NCBI GenBank assembly: GCA_951406725.2
Contig: OX597829.1
Span: 20,584,001 to 20,648,000, forward strand
DNA: 64,000 nt
Direction: 5' to 3'
Source: Octopus vulgaris
Taxonomy: Eukaryota
This document shows positions 39,001 to 51,229 of this stretch, piece by piece (position 1 is the first letter of the stretch; each line of letters starts with the position of its first letter). Both the position numbers and the translations under genes were made by a program. The notes under the pieces were generated by a model. That model ran no database searches. It was not told the DNA's origin and was given only the letters and a program-made list of their open reading frames with translations.

Positions 39001-39216
39001 TTCGTATACTGGTAGAATGTGTCATATAAAATATCTTTTACTGTTAGCGTTTTTGAGAAAAATTTATATTTAAGAAGTTATTTCGTTTTAAAGTTGTTGT
39101 ATTTCGGTAATTTCAACCAATCAATGATGTGCATTCAGCTGAATAAAATTACTGCCATTGTTTGTCAGCAACAACTATTGGTGGTGTATTTTTCGTTTGT
39201 CACTGTTATTTTACTG

Positions 39217-39822
39217 ATGGGCTGAGGATAATAGTATGCAATTTAATGCTGAAATATTCCAAGCCCTGCGCTACCGGCATCCAAAACTCAATATGAAACT
39301 TACAGGGTTCACTGGCCCACAGGGAATTTCAATCCCAGGGCCTAAATCAGTGACGGACCTGGGTATCAACATGAGTGATGATACCTCTTTCCAAGTGCAC
39401 ATTACCAGGATGTCGACAAAGTGCAGGCGACTGGCTGCATGGATCCTGAGAACATTCAGAACCAGAGATAAGGAAACCATGATGGTCCTCTGGCGGACAT
39501 TCGTCCTCAGCCACCTGGATTACTGCTCATAGCTATGGTCACCCAACAGAGTGAAATTCACAGCGGACCTTGAAGCAATCCAACGAAGATTCACAAACAA
39601 GATCATCTCTTTGCAACTGCTAAGCTACTGGGAAAGGCTGAAACAGCTAAGACTCTACTCTCTGGAGTGAAGGTGGGAGAGGTATGCAGTAATATACATC
39701 TGGAAGATCCTGAAAGGAATTGTGCCAAATTTTGACATTGAAAGCTACAGTAATGCCAGAACAGGTCAACACTGCATAGTGCCAAAGATCCCAGCAATGC
39801 CATTGCGCTTCAGGACCAGTTA
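39217..39822 (+). mobile_element. CR1/L2 LINE RT C-terminal fragment, followed by a minus-strand SINE piece (~39823-39993)
   Basis: MQFNAEIF, WILRTFRTRD, SHLDYCS. Confidence 0.8.
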
Positions 39823-40112
39823 CCATCGGTTGTCAAGCAATGTTGGCAGGACAAACACAGACACACAAACATATACACACACATACATAAATATATACAT
39901 ATATACGACGGGGCTGTTTTAGTTTCTGTCTACCAAATCCACTCACAAGGCTATAGTTAGCCAGAGGCAATAGCAGACACTTGCCAAGGTGCCATATATA
40001 AATGTTTATATACATATATACGCATTATATATATATATTATATAAATATTTATATATATGTAAACATTTATATATATATATATATGTGAATATTTATATA
40101 TATAGATATATA

Positions 40113-40187
<75 letters not shown>

Positions 40188-40396
40188 AAATAGAAAGATG
40201 AATAATCTTGTAGTAGATTAATCAAAAGTTTAACTGATACCTTGGTAGCAAAAATCACAGCAAAAAACAGCACGGTTGGAGGTACAACCATATGGTGTTG
40301 CAACCGTGCGTTGGTGCGGATAATTGAAATTAAAATATTATTGGTGAATTGAAGAAATGGAGCTGAACGAAGATTGAACAGAAATCGTTTTATTTC

Positions 40397-40477
40397 ATTC
40401 TACACGTGTTTCGAAAGGCACAATTTACCAAAATCCGATTGAATAATGAGACCATATTGTGTCTTTCTCTTCAGGAA
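40397..40477 (-). ncRNA. Type I hammerhead ribozyme in the 3' repeat of the Naiad element
   Basis: ttc CTGAAGA [GAAAGACACAAT...ATTGTGCCTTTC] GAAAC ACGT GTA gaa: intact core, 12-bp stem II with one mismatch, palindromic stem III ACACGTGT. Confidence 0.8.
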
Positions 40478-40751
40478 GAAATAGGAAATCCGTTGGAAAA
40501 AACAAAAACAGAACAGAGGCGGAGCAAAACAAATCGAACTAGGCTCCTAAGAGCCCATGGCAAAACTGTTTATCAGTGTATGTTGAGAACCGGTGGCTGA
40601 AGATTTTAACGGGTCAGGCAGCGGTCAATCATGTGGGTGAGGGTGTGTAGATGTTCTTTGTGACCGAGAATAAAGTTCTGACTATTTAAGGAATATTGGA
40701 TGTTTTATAAGGGGCGAGAAAAAATCTACTTAGAGACATGTGTGTGTATAC

Positions 40752-41333
40752 TGTTCTATATATGTGTGTGCTGGCGTAGGGGTAGAAAACATTTTTTGTG
40801 TACGTGTGTGCGTTTGATCGTTCGGCTGTCAGTGGCTAAGCCGCTCTCCACAATGGCTACTGTAGTAAGAACCGTTGGGTGGCAGAAAAAAATATATATT
40901 ATGTTTTATGTGTGTGTGTGTTCGTCTGAGCCTGCCTTGTCAAGGTAACCCCCCGTTGTCAAAAAACCAAGCCCCGTTTATCTTACAGGAGTAATTCCCC
41001 TTGCAGTGGTTAATCGTAAATATCTTAAAGGCTATTTCAGAATTGTTCTATATATGTGTGTGCTGGCGTAGAGGTAGAAAACATTTTTTGTGTACGTGTG
41101 TGCGTTTGATCGCTCGGCTGTCAGTGGCTAAGCCGCTCTCCACAATGGCTACTGCAGTAAGAACCGTTGGGTGGCAGAAAAAAATATATTATGTTTTATG
41201 TGTGTGTGTGTTCGTCTGAGCCTGCCTTGTCAAGGTAACCCCCCGTTGTCAAAAAACCAAGCCCCGTTTATCTTACAGGAGTAATTCCCCTTGCAGTGGT
41301 TAATCGTAAATATCTTAAATGCTATTTCAGAAT
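40752..41333. repeat. Two tandem ~292-bp direct repeats immediately 3' of the Naiad ORF
   Basis: tgttctatatatgtgtgtgctggcgtag at 40752 and 41044. Confidence 0.9.
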
Positions 41334-41374
41334 TTGTTACCAAGGGCTATGGGTGCCGGTATTATTTATAAACG

Positions 41375-43211
41375 CTATTTAAAAGCCAGATAAGTGTAAC
41401 GCCACCAATGGGGGCATCGAAAAGCCGACTGTAAAAGTCCGTTTACCATCCGGCCTCTGGCAAACAAAATATGGAAGAGTTCGGAGACACAAAGGTTGCA
41501 CTGCCTTCTGCCCCTATCAAATGGGAGGGCCACCGACAAAATTGACCATTCCAGCCTGTAGCTTGAGTTCGTATCCTTCAGTCGCCATATTAGCTTGCTG
41601 AGTCCCGTGGTCTGGCGCTTGTTCATGTCCCGAAAAGTTGCGTAATGGTTGGAGACTCGCAAAGCCAATCTTGACGATGAGGCCCCTACATAAGTGAAGA
41701 CATCTGAGTCCGTGTAAACCTTGCATTGGTAGACGGCGTTTTTGATCTTGGAGTTCGCCGACGTGAATCTTATTCTGCTAGGATTAGTTTCTGAAATTAG
41801 AACTGCGTTCCTGTCACTATATTCGTTCCGAGAACTGCAGCCGCTTACTACTCTATTTTCCACTACGTCACTATTAACTATAGGAATAACCCCTGATTCT
41901 CCACTATCTATCAGAGTGCTGTCATTGCTAGTGCCCGTGGTGCTGCTATTGCGGGAAATGATGCTGGGGATGCTATTGGGGCTCTCTACCCTACTCCCAT
42001 TGTTACCGTCAACCACAACACCCCTATTTATAACTATACCCCTAGTGGGTACTCCCTGGCTGGAGCTGAGATTATGTGTCACTGTACTGGCTCTCATATC
42101 ATTATTACTACTATAATTATTCCTACTGAGCATTAAACCGGGAGCGGAAGAGGCTGAGCCTCCGGAAAAAGGTGATAGGGTCTTAGTAAGTAGCCTATTA
42201 TTATGGGAGGCGATTATCTGGGCGAGGTTTTTAGTGTTGGAGAAAGCTATCCTAACTTTATGCGAGTTAACCGTGGAGTAATATTTGGAATTTCTGGGGA
42301 AGTTATTGGCGATGGCTTGTCTAAACATGAGAGGGAGGTTAGTTCTAATCTGCTTATCAAAGGGAATTACAAACCATATATGCTTATTCCTATCTGTGTG
42401 ATGGGTCGGGACGCCAGCTCTCGCATTCGGGTGGGTGATTCTCGGATGAATAACGGGTCTTGGGTTAGTGTAAGATCTCCCGGACTGATAATTATCCTTG
42501 TTCACTAAATTAAATGCGGGAGCGACTGCCCCGGCATCCGCCGCGCTCCCGTCCTTACTTAAATTGATTATGTTATTATAGACGGCCCTATCCTGATGAC
42601 CGAATGATGGCATCGGAAGGGCCGGATCAATATAAATTACCTTCTGCCTATAACCGGCCTTGGATAGTGCGGCGTTATAAAATTCCGCTTTCTGCATAAA
42701 AATATCGGCACTGGCGGACAAGCCAGACAATCTTAGAGAGATGTTTTTAACCAAATTGTCTGTTACGGTTTTGGCATGATTTGAGAAGACACTGACATAC
42801 TTCAAATTAGTGGAAGGCTTATGGTAAGGGCAGTATGAGTCGCTATTAAGGTTAAGCGTAACGTCTAGGAAATTAGCCTTGGTGAGTTCATTATCAAAAA
42901 CTATACTCATGCCCATTCTATTAAAAAACCTAGCTAACCTGCTCTTAGTTTTCTGCACTATTCTGTTCGTGGTGTTTTGCAGGTAAAACAGACAATCGTC
43001 ACGATACAGGCCACCCGCGATCTCCGGGAATTGGTCGGACAATTCGTAGAGAATATATATTCCGACCAAATCGGCTATCTGCGCACTATCCGAACTACCC
43101 ATAGGCACATCAAATTCATTGGGAGTATCTTTACGGATCCACAACTTATTATCAAACTTAATAAACGATTTCCTGGCAACTAAAATGATATATATATATA
43201 TATACACACAC

Positions 43212-43213
<2 letters not shown>
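41375..43213 (-). CDS. Penelope-like (Naiad-type) RT C-terminal half + linker + GIY-YIG endonuclease; uninterrupted, 5'-truncated at (TA)n near 43190
   Basis: [63 protein letters not shown]. Confidence 0.88.
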
Positions 43214-43274
<61 letters not shown>

Positions 43275-43390
43275 TTTATATTTATATATATACATAAATA
43301 TTTATATTTATATATATATAAATATTTATATTTTTATATATATATAAATATTTATATTTATATATATGAATATTTATAGTTATATCTCTC

Positions 43391-43620
43391 TCTATATAAA
43401 ACTGAGAATGTGTGTCTATCTGTCTGTCTGTGTGTTTGCCTAAAACTTGAGAACTACACAACCAATTTCATTCAAATTTTACACATGCCTTACTTAGGAT
43501 CCATGTAGTTTCATGAGCAAAAAAATGTTCAACTTGCCTAGGGCGAGCCCAGAGCAATATCATATCTTCTCCACTGTTTCAGTATTACATGTTAAAAGTG
43601 AAACAAAAACATTTCTCTAT
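43391..43620 (+). mobile_element. Non-autonomous Helitron-like 5' end
   Basis: TCTATATAAA start, (CTGT)n, ccaatttcattcaaatttt; 3' boundary uncertain. Confidence 0.5.
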
Positions 43621-44408
43621 TTTATGTCTGATACTTTCACTTTAACAATAAAAATTAGAGATTATAGTAACAATTGAGTTATATGTAGTAAGTAATAATT
43701 AAAATCAAACGAAAGTATAATATAACCGTAACATAACAAAAGTAAAAATAGCAATTCGTATAAAATTGCATCAATGACTTGAACTTGAATAAGTGGTTTG
43801 ACATGAATGGGAATAAATTAAAAATATAATTAGTGCGCAGAAATGGAGTAGTCCATTAAATTAAAGAAAAGACTATTGTCTATAAAGTACACAATGTAGA
43901 GAAAAAAAAAGATTTGAACACCTGAAGGAAAGCACCATCGAAAAGTGTCTTGGTGCGAGTATGAAAGATATCAAGTATCTAACCAGAGGCAGTAAATTTG
44001 CCACAATAGAAGCAAGGTTCAAGTCAACAGAGCGTGCAAGGGAGTACTCGAGTCGAACCTTGGAAAGTGGAAATATTTTATTTTTACCTTTATATATGTA
44101 GGACGTCCCGGATAAAAATTTAAAATGCCACCCCAGAAGTAGAGGTAGGCTGGATTGTAACCACACTTCTATACAAGAGGGAGGACAAGATACAATTCAT
44201 CAAATTACAAGAGGCAGGATTACAATTCCAGTCTGTTATACATTTTGAGTATTGTTATCACTAGCGATATCAAGATATAACTTTGTATTTTATATTTTAT
44301 GTGTAGATGTATATATATATAGATGTACACATATATATACACATATATAATGCTAGTATATATATAAATATTTATATATATATAAATAAATATATAAATA
44401 TATGTATA

Positions 44409-44479
<71 letters not shown>

Positions 44480-44541
44480 TGTAAAAAATGAAGTTCGAAA
44501 ATGCTGCTGTATTATACAATTTTTAATTTTTATATATACAT

Positions 44542-44580
44542 TATAACATGTTTCAGTTCCTGAAATGAACCTTATCAAAA
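44542..44580 (-). ncRNA. Possible minimal hammerhead with a U3-A8 core
   Basis: TTGATAA ggttc atttcag gaact GAAAC AT GTT; stem I is weak. Confidence 0.35.
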
Positions 44581-45192
44581 AAAGTTATATATAAAAAGAG
44601 ACAGCTCATGCCGTCAAACACAAGAAATTCATTTATAATACACAACGGAGTCAGACATCTTAGAGTTCATGTATAGTTGATATATAGTTTGAAGTATATT
44701 TTCAAAGTGTTCGATGTAGTGGCCCACGGTGGCGATACGTATTCAATACAAAAAACAGATCAAAGTGGTGGAAAGCGGTCAATACAGAAGATTGATGTTT
44801 CCGAAAGAGCGAGGAATTCATTTTTACCTTAAGCAATTGTGATGACCCATGGTGGAAGTTCGCTGGGTGGTTCTAGTGATTTTTTGTGAAATGCTCGGTT
44901 TTATAATGCCTGTTAGGTGGTCAATCTAGCGTAGCGTGACTTCATCAATGTTTTGACCAATCGTTTCGTTAGGTGGCTTTAATCAAGTGGAACGGGACGT
45001 CATCATTATTTTGACCAATCGCTGCATTATAACTCCCTCTTGTTTGTTTCCTGTCTTGACCAGTCGCTTTGTTGTCTGTACTTGTTAGGTGACTATTCAA
45101 GCAGAAAAGGACGTCATAAATACAACAATATCTGTTTCAACGCACGACTTCACATAAAAAATCTTGCACAACAAATATTTAAACGTATATAT

Positions 45193-45332
<140 letters not shown>

Positions 45333-46049
45333 GAAAGAAGGTTTGGAAATGCAATTTTAAAAGATGTTTATTTACTTTACCGGTTTCACTCTTTGGAAAA
45401 AGATTGTCAAAAGTAACATGTAGAAGTTTGGTTGCGTTAATTATTGGTTGTTACAAAATGCTACATTACATATATACAGTCTTTGGTAACAAGGACATGT
45501 TAAGGACATAAAAATTTGAACAAGTTCCCAAAAATATTGGGCACAAAAGATTACAACATAAATAATCATTCTCAGGAACATGTTAAGGATAGTTTCGGAA
45601 GGAATTATTAAAAAGTTCAGTAGGATATTGGTATTGTATTTGTATATTCAAACACGCACAGAATATTGGTTGACACAGAGTACTACAATACATATATATA
45701 CATTCTTTGGTGACAAGAGCTTGTTAAGAACATAAAAATGTTTAACAAGTTCATTGAAATATTAGGCACAAAAGATTACAACAAATATATTATACATTTT
45801 CAAGATAATTTCCAGAAGGAATTATTAAAAAGTTCAGTGGAATATTGGTATACAAGCACAGAATATTATGAGTTCGAAAAAGTTTACATTATAATAGTAT
45901 GGAAGCTAAAACTGACCTGTCCACCATGTTAACTTAAAAGAATATTATCTATTTCAGGGGACACTGTAGGTGTGTTTGGGTGGGGGGAAGGAGGAGTAAT
46001 GTGGAACCTTCAAGCATCAATGATTTGGGGGATTGGCTTTAGAGGTCAG

Positions 46050-46444
46050 GATGGTTTGAGTATGTGTGTCTTTGTGTGTGTGTATATACATATGTGGATA
46101 GATGTGTCTGTGTGTTTATAAAATCTGGTAGGATGGTGTGTGTATATGTGTGCCCATTTGTCAATCGTGTGTGTGATTGTCTTGGTGTTGTGTGTGTGTG
46201 TGTATATGTATGTATGTGTGTGATTGGCATTTGGCATGGTGCTGCCTGTGTATATGTGTGTCTGTATGGAGGTCAGAATGGTGTGAGTGTGTGTGTGCCT
46301 TTGTGTGTGTGTATATATATGTATACATGTGTTTGTGTGTGTGTGTATGGGGGGGCTGTTTTTGATTGGTCCCAGGGTCCACTGTGGTGTAAATAGATGT
46401 GTTTTTAAAAATTTGGTACGATGGTGTGTGTATATGTGTGCCCG

Positions 46445-46484
<40 letters not shown>

Positions 46485-47115
46485 GTTAATGTTTGCTAGT
46501 GTGTTGTGTGCATTAGTGTGTATGTGTTTGTTCGTATGTGTGTCCATGTCAGTTGGGTGTATCTGTGGTGTGTGTGTATATACGTTTTGTATTTGTTGGT
46601 ATTGCGTATGTGTTTGTGTGTGTGCGTATATATGGTGTGAGTGTGTGTGTATATATGTGTATACATGTGTTTGTGTGTGTGAGGGGGGAGGCTGTTTTTG
46701 ATTGGTCCCAGGGTCCATTGTGGTGTAAAGAGATGTGTGTTTTTTAAAATTTGGTGGGATGGTGTGTGTATATCTGTGCTCGTTTGTGTGTGTATGTGTG
46801 TGGTTAATGTTTGTTAGTGTGTTGCGTGTGCATTAGTGTGTATATGTGTCCATGTCTGTTGGGTGTATCTGTGTGGCGTGTGTGTGTGTATACGTTTTGT
46901 GTGTGTTGGTATTGAGTATGTGTTTGTGTGTGTGCGTATATATGGTGTGAGTGTATGTGTCTTTGTGTGTGTATATGTATACATGTGTTTGTGTGTGGGC
47001 TGCTTTTGAATGGTCCCAGGGTCCATTGTGGTATAAATATATGTGTGTGTTTTTTTAGAAATTTGGTAGGATGGTGTGTGTATATGTGTGCCCGTTTGTC
47101 AATCATGTGTTTGAT
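46050..47115. repeat. Degenerate TG-rich tandem repeat, ~310-340-bp unit, about 3 copies
   Basis: tggtcccagggtcca(c/t)tgtggt at ~46367, ~46703 and ~47011. Confidence 0.85.
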
Positions 47116-47682
47116 AGACAATGTAGACCCCAACCCACACAAGAACCGTTCCAGAATCGGAGATCCTACCCATCACTTAGAAACCTACCTCTGAACTATG
47201 ATTGTAGATCCCAACCCAAACCGTTCAAAACTCAGAGTTCCCTCCCAACATATAAGTATTTAACTCTAAACCATGCAAAACGACACTGGTCAAAGATGGC
47301 GTCCGGAACAGGGAAGATGATGTGGTCGGCAACAATTTGGTTAAAATCTTCGGCCGACTGCTATCAAATACGGACAGAGAGAATATACGTGTTGTACCTT
47401 CGATAGCCATGTCTCAAGTCGCTGCTGACTGCTGCTAGTGGTCAAACGTTCTACGATCCCCTTGCCTCGGCTAACTGCTACGTAGGCAAAAGGGTTCTTC
47501 TTCCGGGGCTTCGCGCATGTGCCGCTGTATAGCGTCACTACAGAACCAACATTGCACCCAGTACGAACAACCCAGACCCTGGAATAACCAAAACTCTTCC
47601 AGTAGGACACACCAACAACTCAGAATCTGGAACAACCAAAAACCCTTTAGCAGACAACAAATCAACGGTGGAAAGAACCACA

Positions 47683-48114
47683 CTCTCTTGAGTCATTCCC
47701 AGTAGCTTATATGCTGCACAGAGGCTATTTTCTTCGGGTAGCTTCGTTGGATCGCCTCAAGTTCTGTGATTAACTTGACACTGGATGGTGACCATAGCTG
47801 AGAGCAATAGTCAAAGTGGCTTAGAACAAGTGTCCTCCAGATGACCATCATGGTTTCCTGGTCTCTTGTTCTAAAGGTTCTAAGAATCCATCCGGTCAGT
47901 CGCCTAGATTTCATTGCCGATTTAGCAACATGCACATGAAAGGTTGCATCATCACTCATGTAAATACCCAGGTCTCGGACTGATTGTGCCACTGGGATTG
48001 CAATCCCTCCAGGTCCAGTGTATTTATTGGGTATTGCATATAGTTTTGCATGCTGATAGCATATAGCTTGAAACTTTTCAGCATTGAACTGAACTGCATG
48101 CTATTCTTTTCAGC

Positions 48115-48118
<4 letters not shown>
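47683..48118 (-). mobile_element. CR1/L2 LINE fragment closely related to 52650-53075
   Basis: ORF 47693-47992 nearly matches the corresponding part of ORF 52463-53311. Confidence 0.85.
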
Positions 48119-48150
<32 letters not shown>

Positions 48151-48274
48151 ACAATAAAGGAACGGCCATAATAGGCCATTCACCCACTAGAAATAACAGC
48201 CAAAGCTTCAACCGCAAATAAAAGTTAATTCAGTAAACCAGGAGAAAATTTAAAAAACATTTACCCTGTAATTT

Positions 48275-48373
48275 CTTATACGATATACCGTTTCATCTGC
48301 TGATTAATGGTAAACTAACCTGATTAAATTAAATCAAGCCAATCTTCCACAGGCCCTCAGATTCTTCAGTAAG
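48275..48373 (-). ncRNA. Type I hammerhead ribozyme
   Basis: Reverse complement of 48892-48990. Confidence 0.8.
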
Positions 48374-48891
48374 AAATAGCCCAAGACGGAACAGATATTT
48401 TCACGAGGCATTTCCGACGTTGCCAAGTTAATATCTGACCTAAAATTTTCAAATCGTCGCACTCGCGCCAAATTTATCGGCAGCAAATAAATATAAGCCG
48501 TCGATTCCATTACGGAATTAACCAGAAAATTCATAATTAATCAATATAGGGTGGCAAAAAAAATTTTGTAGAATTCTTTTACCACCAGCGGCCTAGTAGG
48601 AAAAAATTAAAATAGTCAAAGACCATTTTTAAGTTCAACATCAACAATAAAGGAACGGCCATAATAGGCCATTCACCCACTAGAAATAACAGCCAAAGCT
48701 TCAACCGCAAATAAAAGTTAATTCAGTAAACCAGGAGAAAATATAAAAAACATTTACCCTGTAATTTCTTATATTTATTTGCTGCCGATAAATTTGGCGC
48801 GAGTGCGACGATTTGAAAATTTTAGGTCAGATATTAACTTGGCAACGTCGGAAATGCCTCGTGAAAATATCTGTTCCGTCTTGGGCTATTT

Positions 48892-48990
48892 CTTACTGAA
48901 GAATCTGAGGGCCTGTGGAAGATTGGCTTGATTTAATTTAATCAGGTTAGTTTACCATTAATCAGCAGATGAAACGGTATATCGTATAAG
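48892..48990 (+). ncRNA. Type I hammerhead ribozyme
   Basis: ctta CTGAAGA atctg...cagat GAAAC ggtatatc GTA taag: stems I, II and III all pair; GUA cleavage site. Confidence 0.82.
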
Positions 48991-49221
48991 AAATTACAGG
49001 GTAAATGTTTTTTAAATTTTCTCCTGGTTTACTGAATTAACTTTTATTTGCGGTTGAAGCTTTGGCTGTTATTTCTAGTGGGTGAATGGCCTATTATGGC
49101 CGTTCCTTTATTGTTGATGTTGAACTTAAAAATGGTCTTTGACTATTTTAATTTTTTCCTACTAGGCCGCTGGTGGTAAAAGAATTCTACAAAATTTTTT
49201 TTGCCACCCTATATTGATTAA

Positions 49222-49625
<404 letters not shown>

Positions 49626-49912
49626 CCACACTACACCATACAACATTACACATCACATCATACATACATACACACGTCCAGACCACCAGCCCTCTTTCAC
49701 ATGCACATACATACTCTCTTATGCACACACGTACCTTCATGTTGGGGCGAGGTCACTTGACCCTGTTATCTCCCTTACTATCCCTCTAGCGTCTAACGTC
49801 TGACCTCTAACGTTTGAACCCCGATCTCTGACTTCTCCTGAAATCAGAACGCCATGTTGGATTGTTAGCCCTTACACGCAATTTTTTTCACTCCTTGTTT
49901 CTTTTCCTTGTA

Positions 49913-49950
49913 TCTTTCTGTCGAAGAGCGTAGGTTCGAAACGTAAAAGA
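49913..49950 (+). ncRNA. Minimal hammerhead variant (8-nt core CUGUCGAA)
   Basis: tcttt CTGTCGAA gagc gtag gttc GAAAC GTA aaaga; 5-bp stem I, 4-bp stem II. Confidence 0.55.
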
Positions 49951-50473
49951 CTTGTTTTATTTCTATTCCTGAGCGCCATACTAATACATTGTTTGCTTAT
50001 ACTCCACCTGCCTTCGTCTTTTGTTTATTTTCGTAAACCTTCCCGTTATATATATATATATATATATATATACAAATTGAGATAGGGGTTGTAAATGCAA
50101 CCCACCATGGGATAACATATATCCAATATACTGCTAGTGAGGTACCCAACAAAGTTAATACATAAATGTTAAGAATTGCGATACAATAAATTCATTTATT
50201 GTATTATATGGGCAAAGGTAAAATGTTTTACCACAAATTCATAATACAAAATAAGAAAATGGAGAAATACATCGAAATCATATATCAATTACCAGATAAT
50301 ACTCAATCACATACTTTATTAAACCACAACATAAGAAACTATAAGGTTAAACATAATAATGCAGGTTAAAGCAGTGTACATGGAGTGTACATAAAATAGT
50401 AATGTTATACAATAAGTAGAATACGTATAATAGAACATAAATGTAAGTACACATAAATATAAATATAGATTAT

Positions 50474-50600
50474 ATCTTACAGCTGTTTCGGCCATGTAGA
50501 TAAGTATGTCTCATTCAACTCATATTAGCCATTTGTGGTAGGTCAATATGTAGTTATAAATGAGACATTTACAAAAACATCCTCAGACCTCTTCGGAGAT
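50474..50600 (-). ncRNA. Type I hammerhead with C at position 4 and an extended stem II, within a PLE-type terminal repeat (~50070-51300)
   Basis: atct CCGAAGA ggtc...atgtctcatt...aatgagacat...ggcc GAAAC agct GTA agat. Confidence 0.65.
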
Positions 50601-51229
50601 TACAAATTAGATTACATATATACTTATAAAGGTGTGGGTATATACCCATAATAAAACATATACATATACATATGAGTGCATATACTCATACTCATATACA
50701 TATAAATATAAATATACATAATGATATAAATAATAAAAATTAATAAACATACATTTGCTCCACATTCAACGTTACAGTTTTCCAACTTAATGTTGTGATA
50801 ATTACAATGTAGAAGAAACAACATACACATATTAATATCTAAATGCAGATATAGAGAGTCAGGGTTACTTTCTATTAGTTCTTATTAATTTACAAAATGT
50901 CATTAATGCTAGCATCATTATCATTATCGTTACTACTAATGCTAGCAATATCATCGTTCATATTATTATCAATAACGCTAATACTAGAGAAACAATACAT
51001 AAATTCATTATTAACAATATAGTCACAATATTATTACAAAACCGTGCAAAGTGTTATATATCCGCATATACATACGAAATAAGAGGTACCAGCATTCTGT
51101 TAATACTACATTAAATCCAAAGATGTACATTTGTAAGTCAAACCCACAGACCAATCATAATTTAGCGCTAGATCCGTAATTATTTCTGAAATAATGGTGT
51201 ATTTATGTCACAAAGAAAATTATAAACTA

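Larger units (their letters stand above)
48146..49221. mobile_element. Non-coding ~493-bp hammerhead-containing unit in tandem and inverted arrangement, inserted in (TA)n (retrozyme or PLE pseudo-LTR)
   Basis: atcaacaataaaggaacggcc at 48147 and 48640; 48770-49220 is the inverted, circularly permuted unit. Confidence 0.8.

Noticed and set aside
39208-39225. ttta CTGATGG after the 37.7-39 kb Naiad as a hammerhead start
   Set aside because: No GAAA half; the sequence runs straight into a CR1 fragment.
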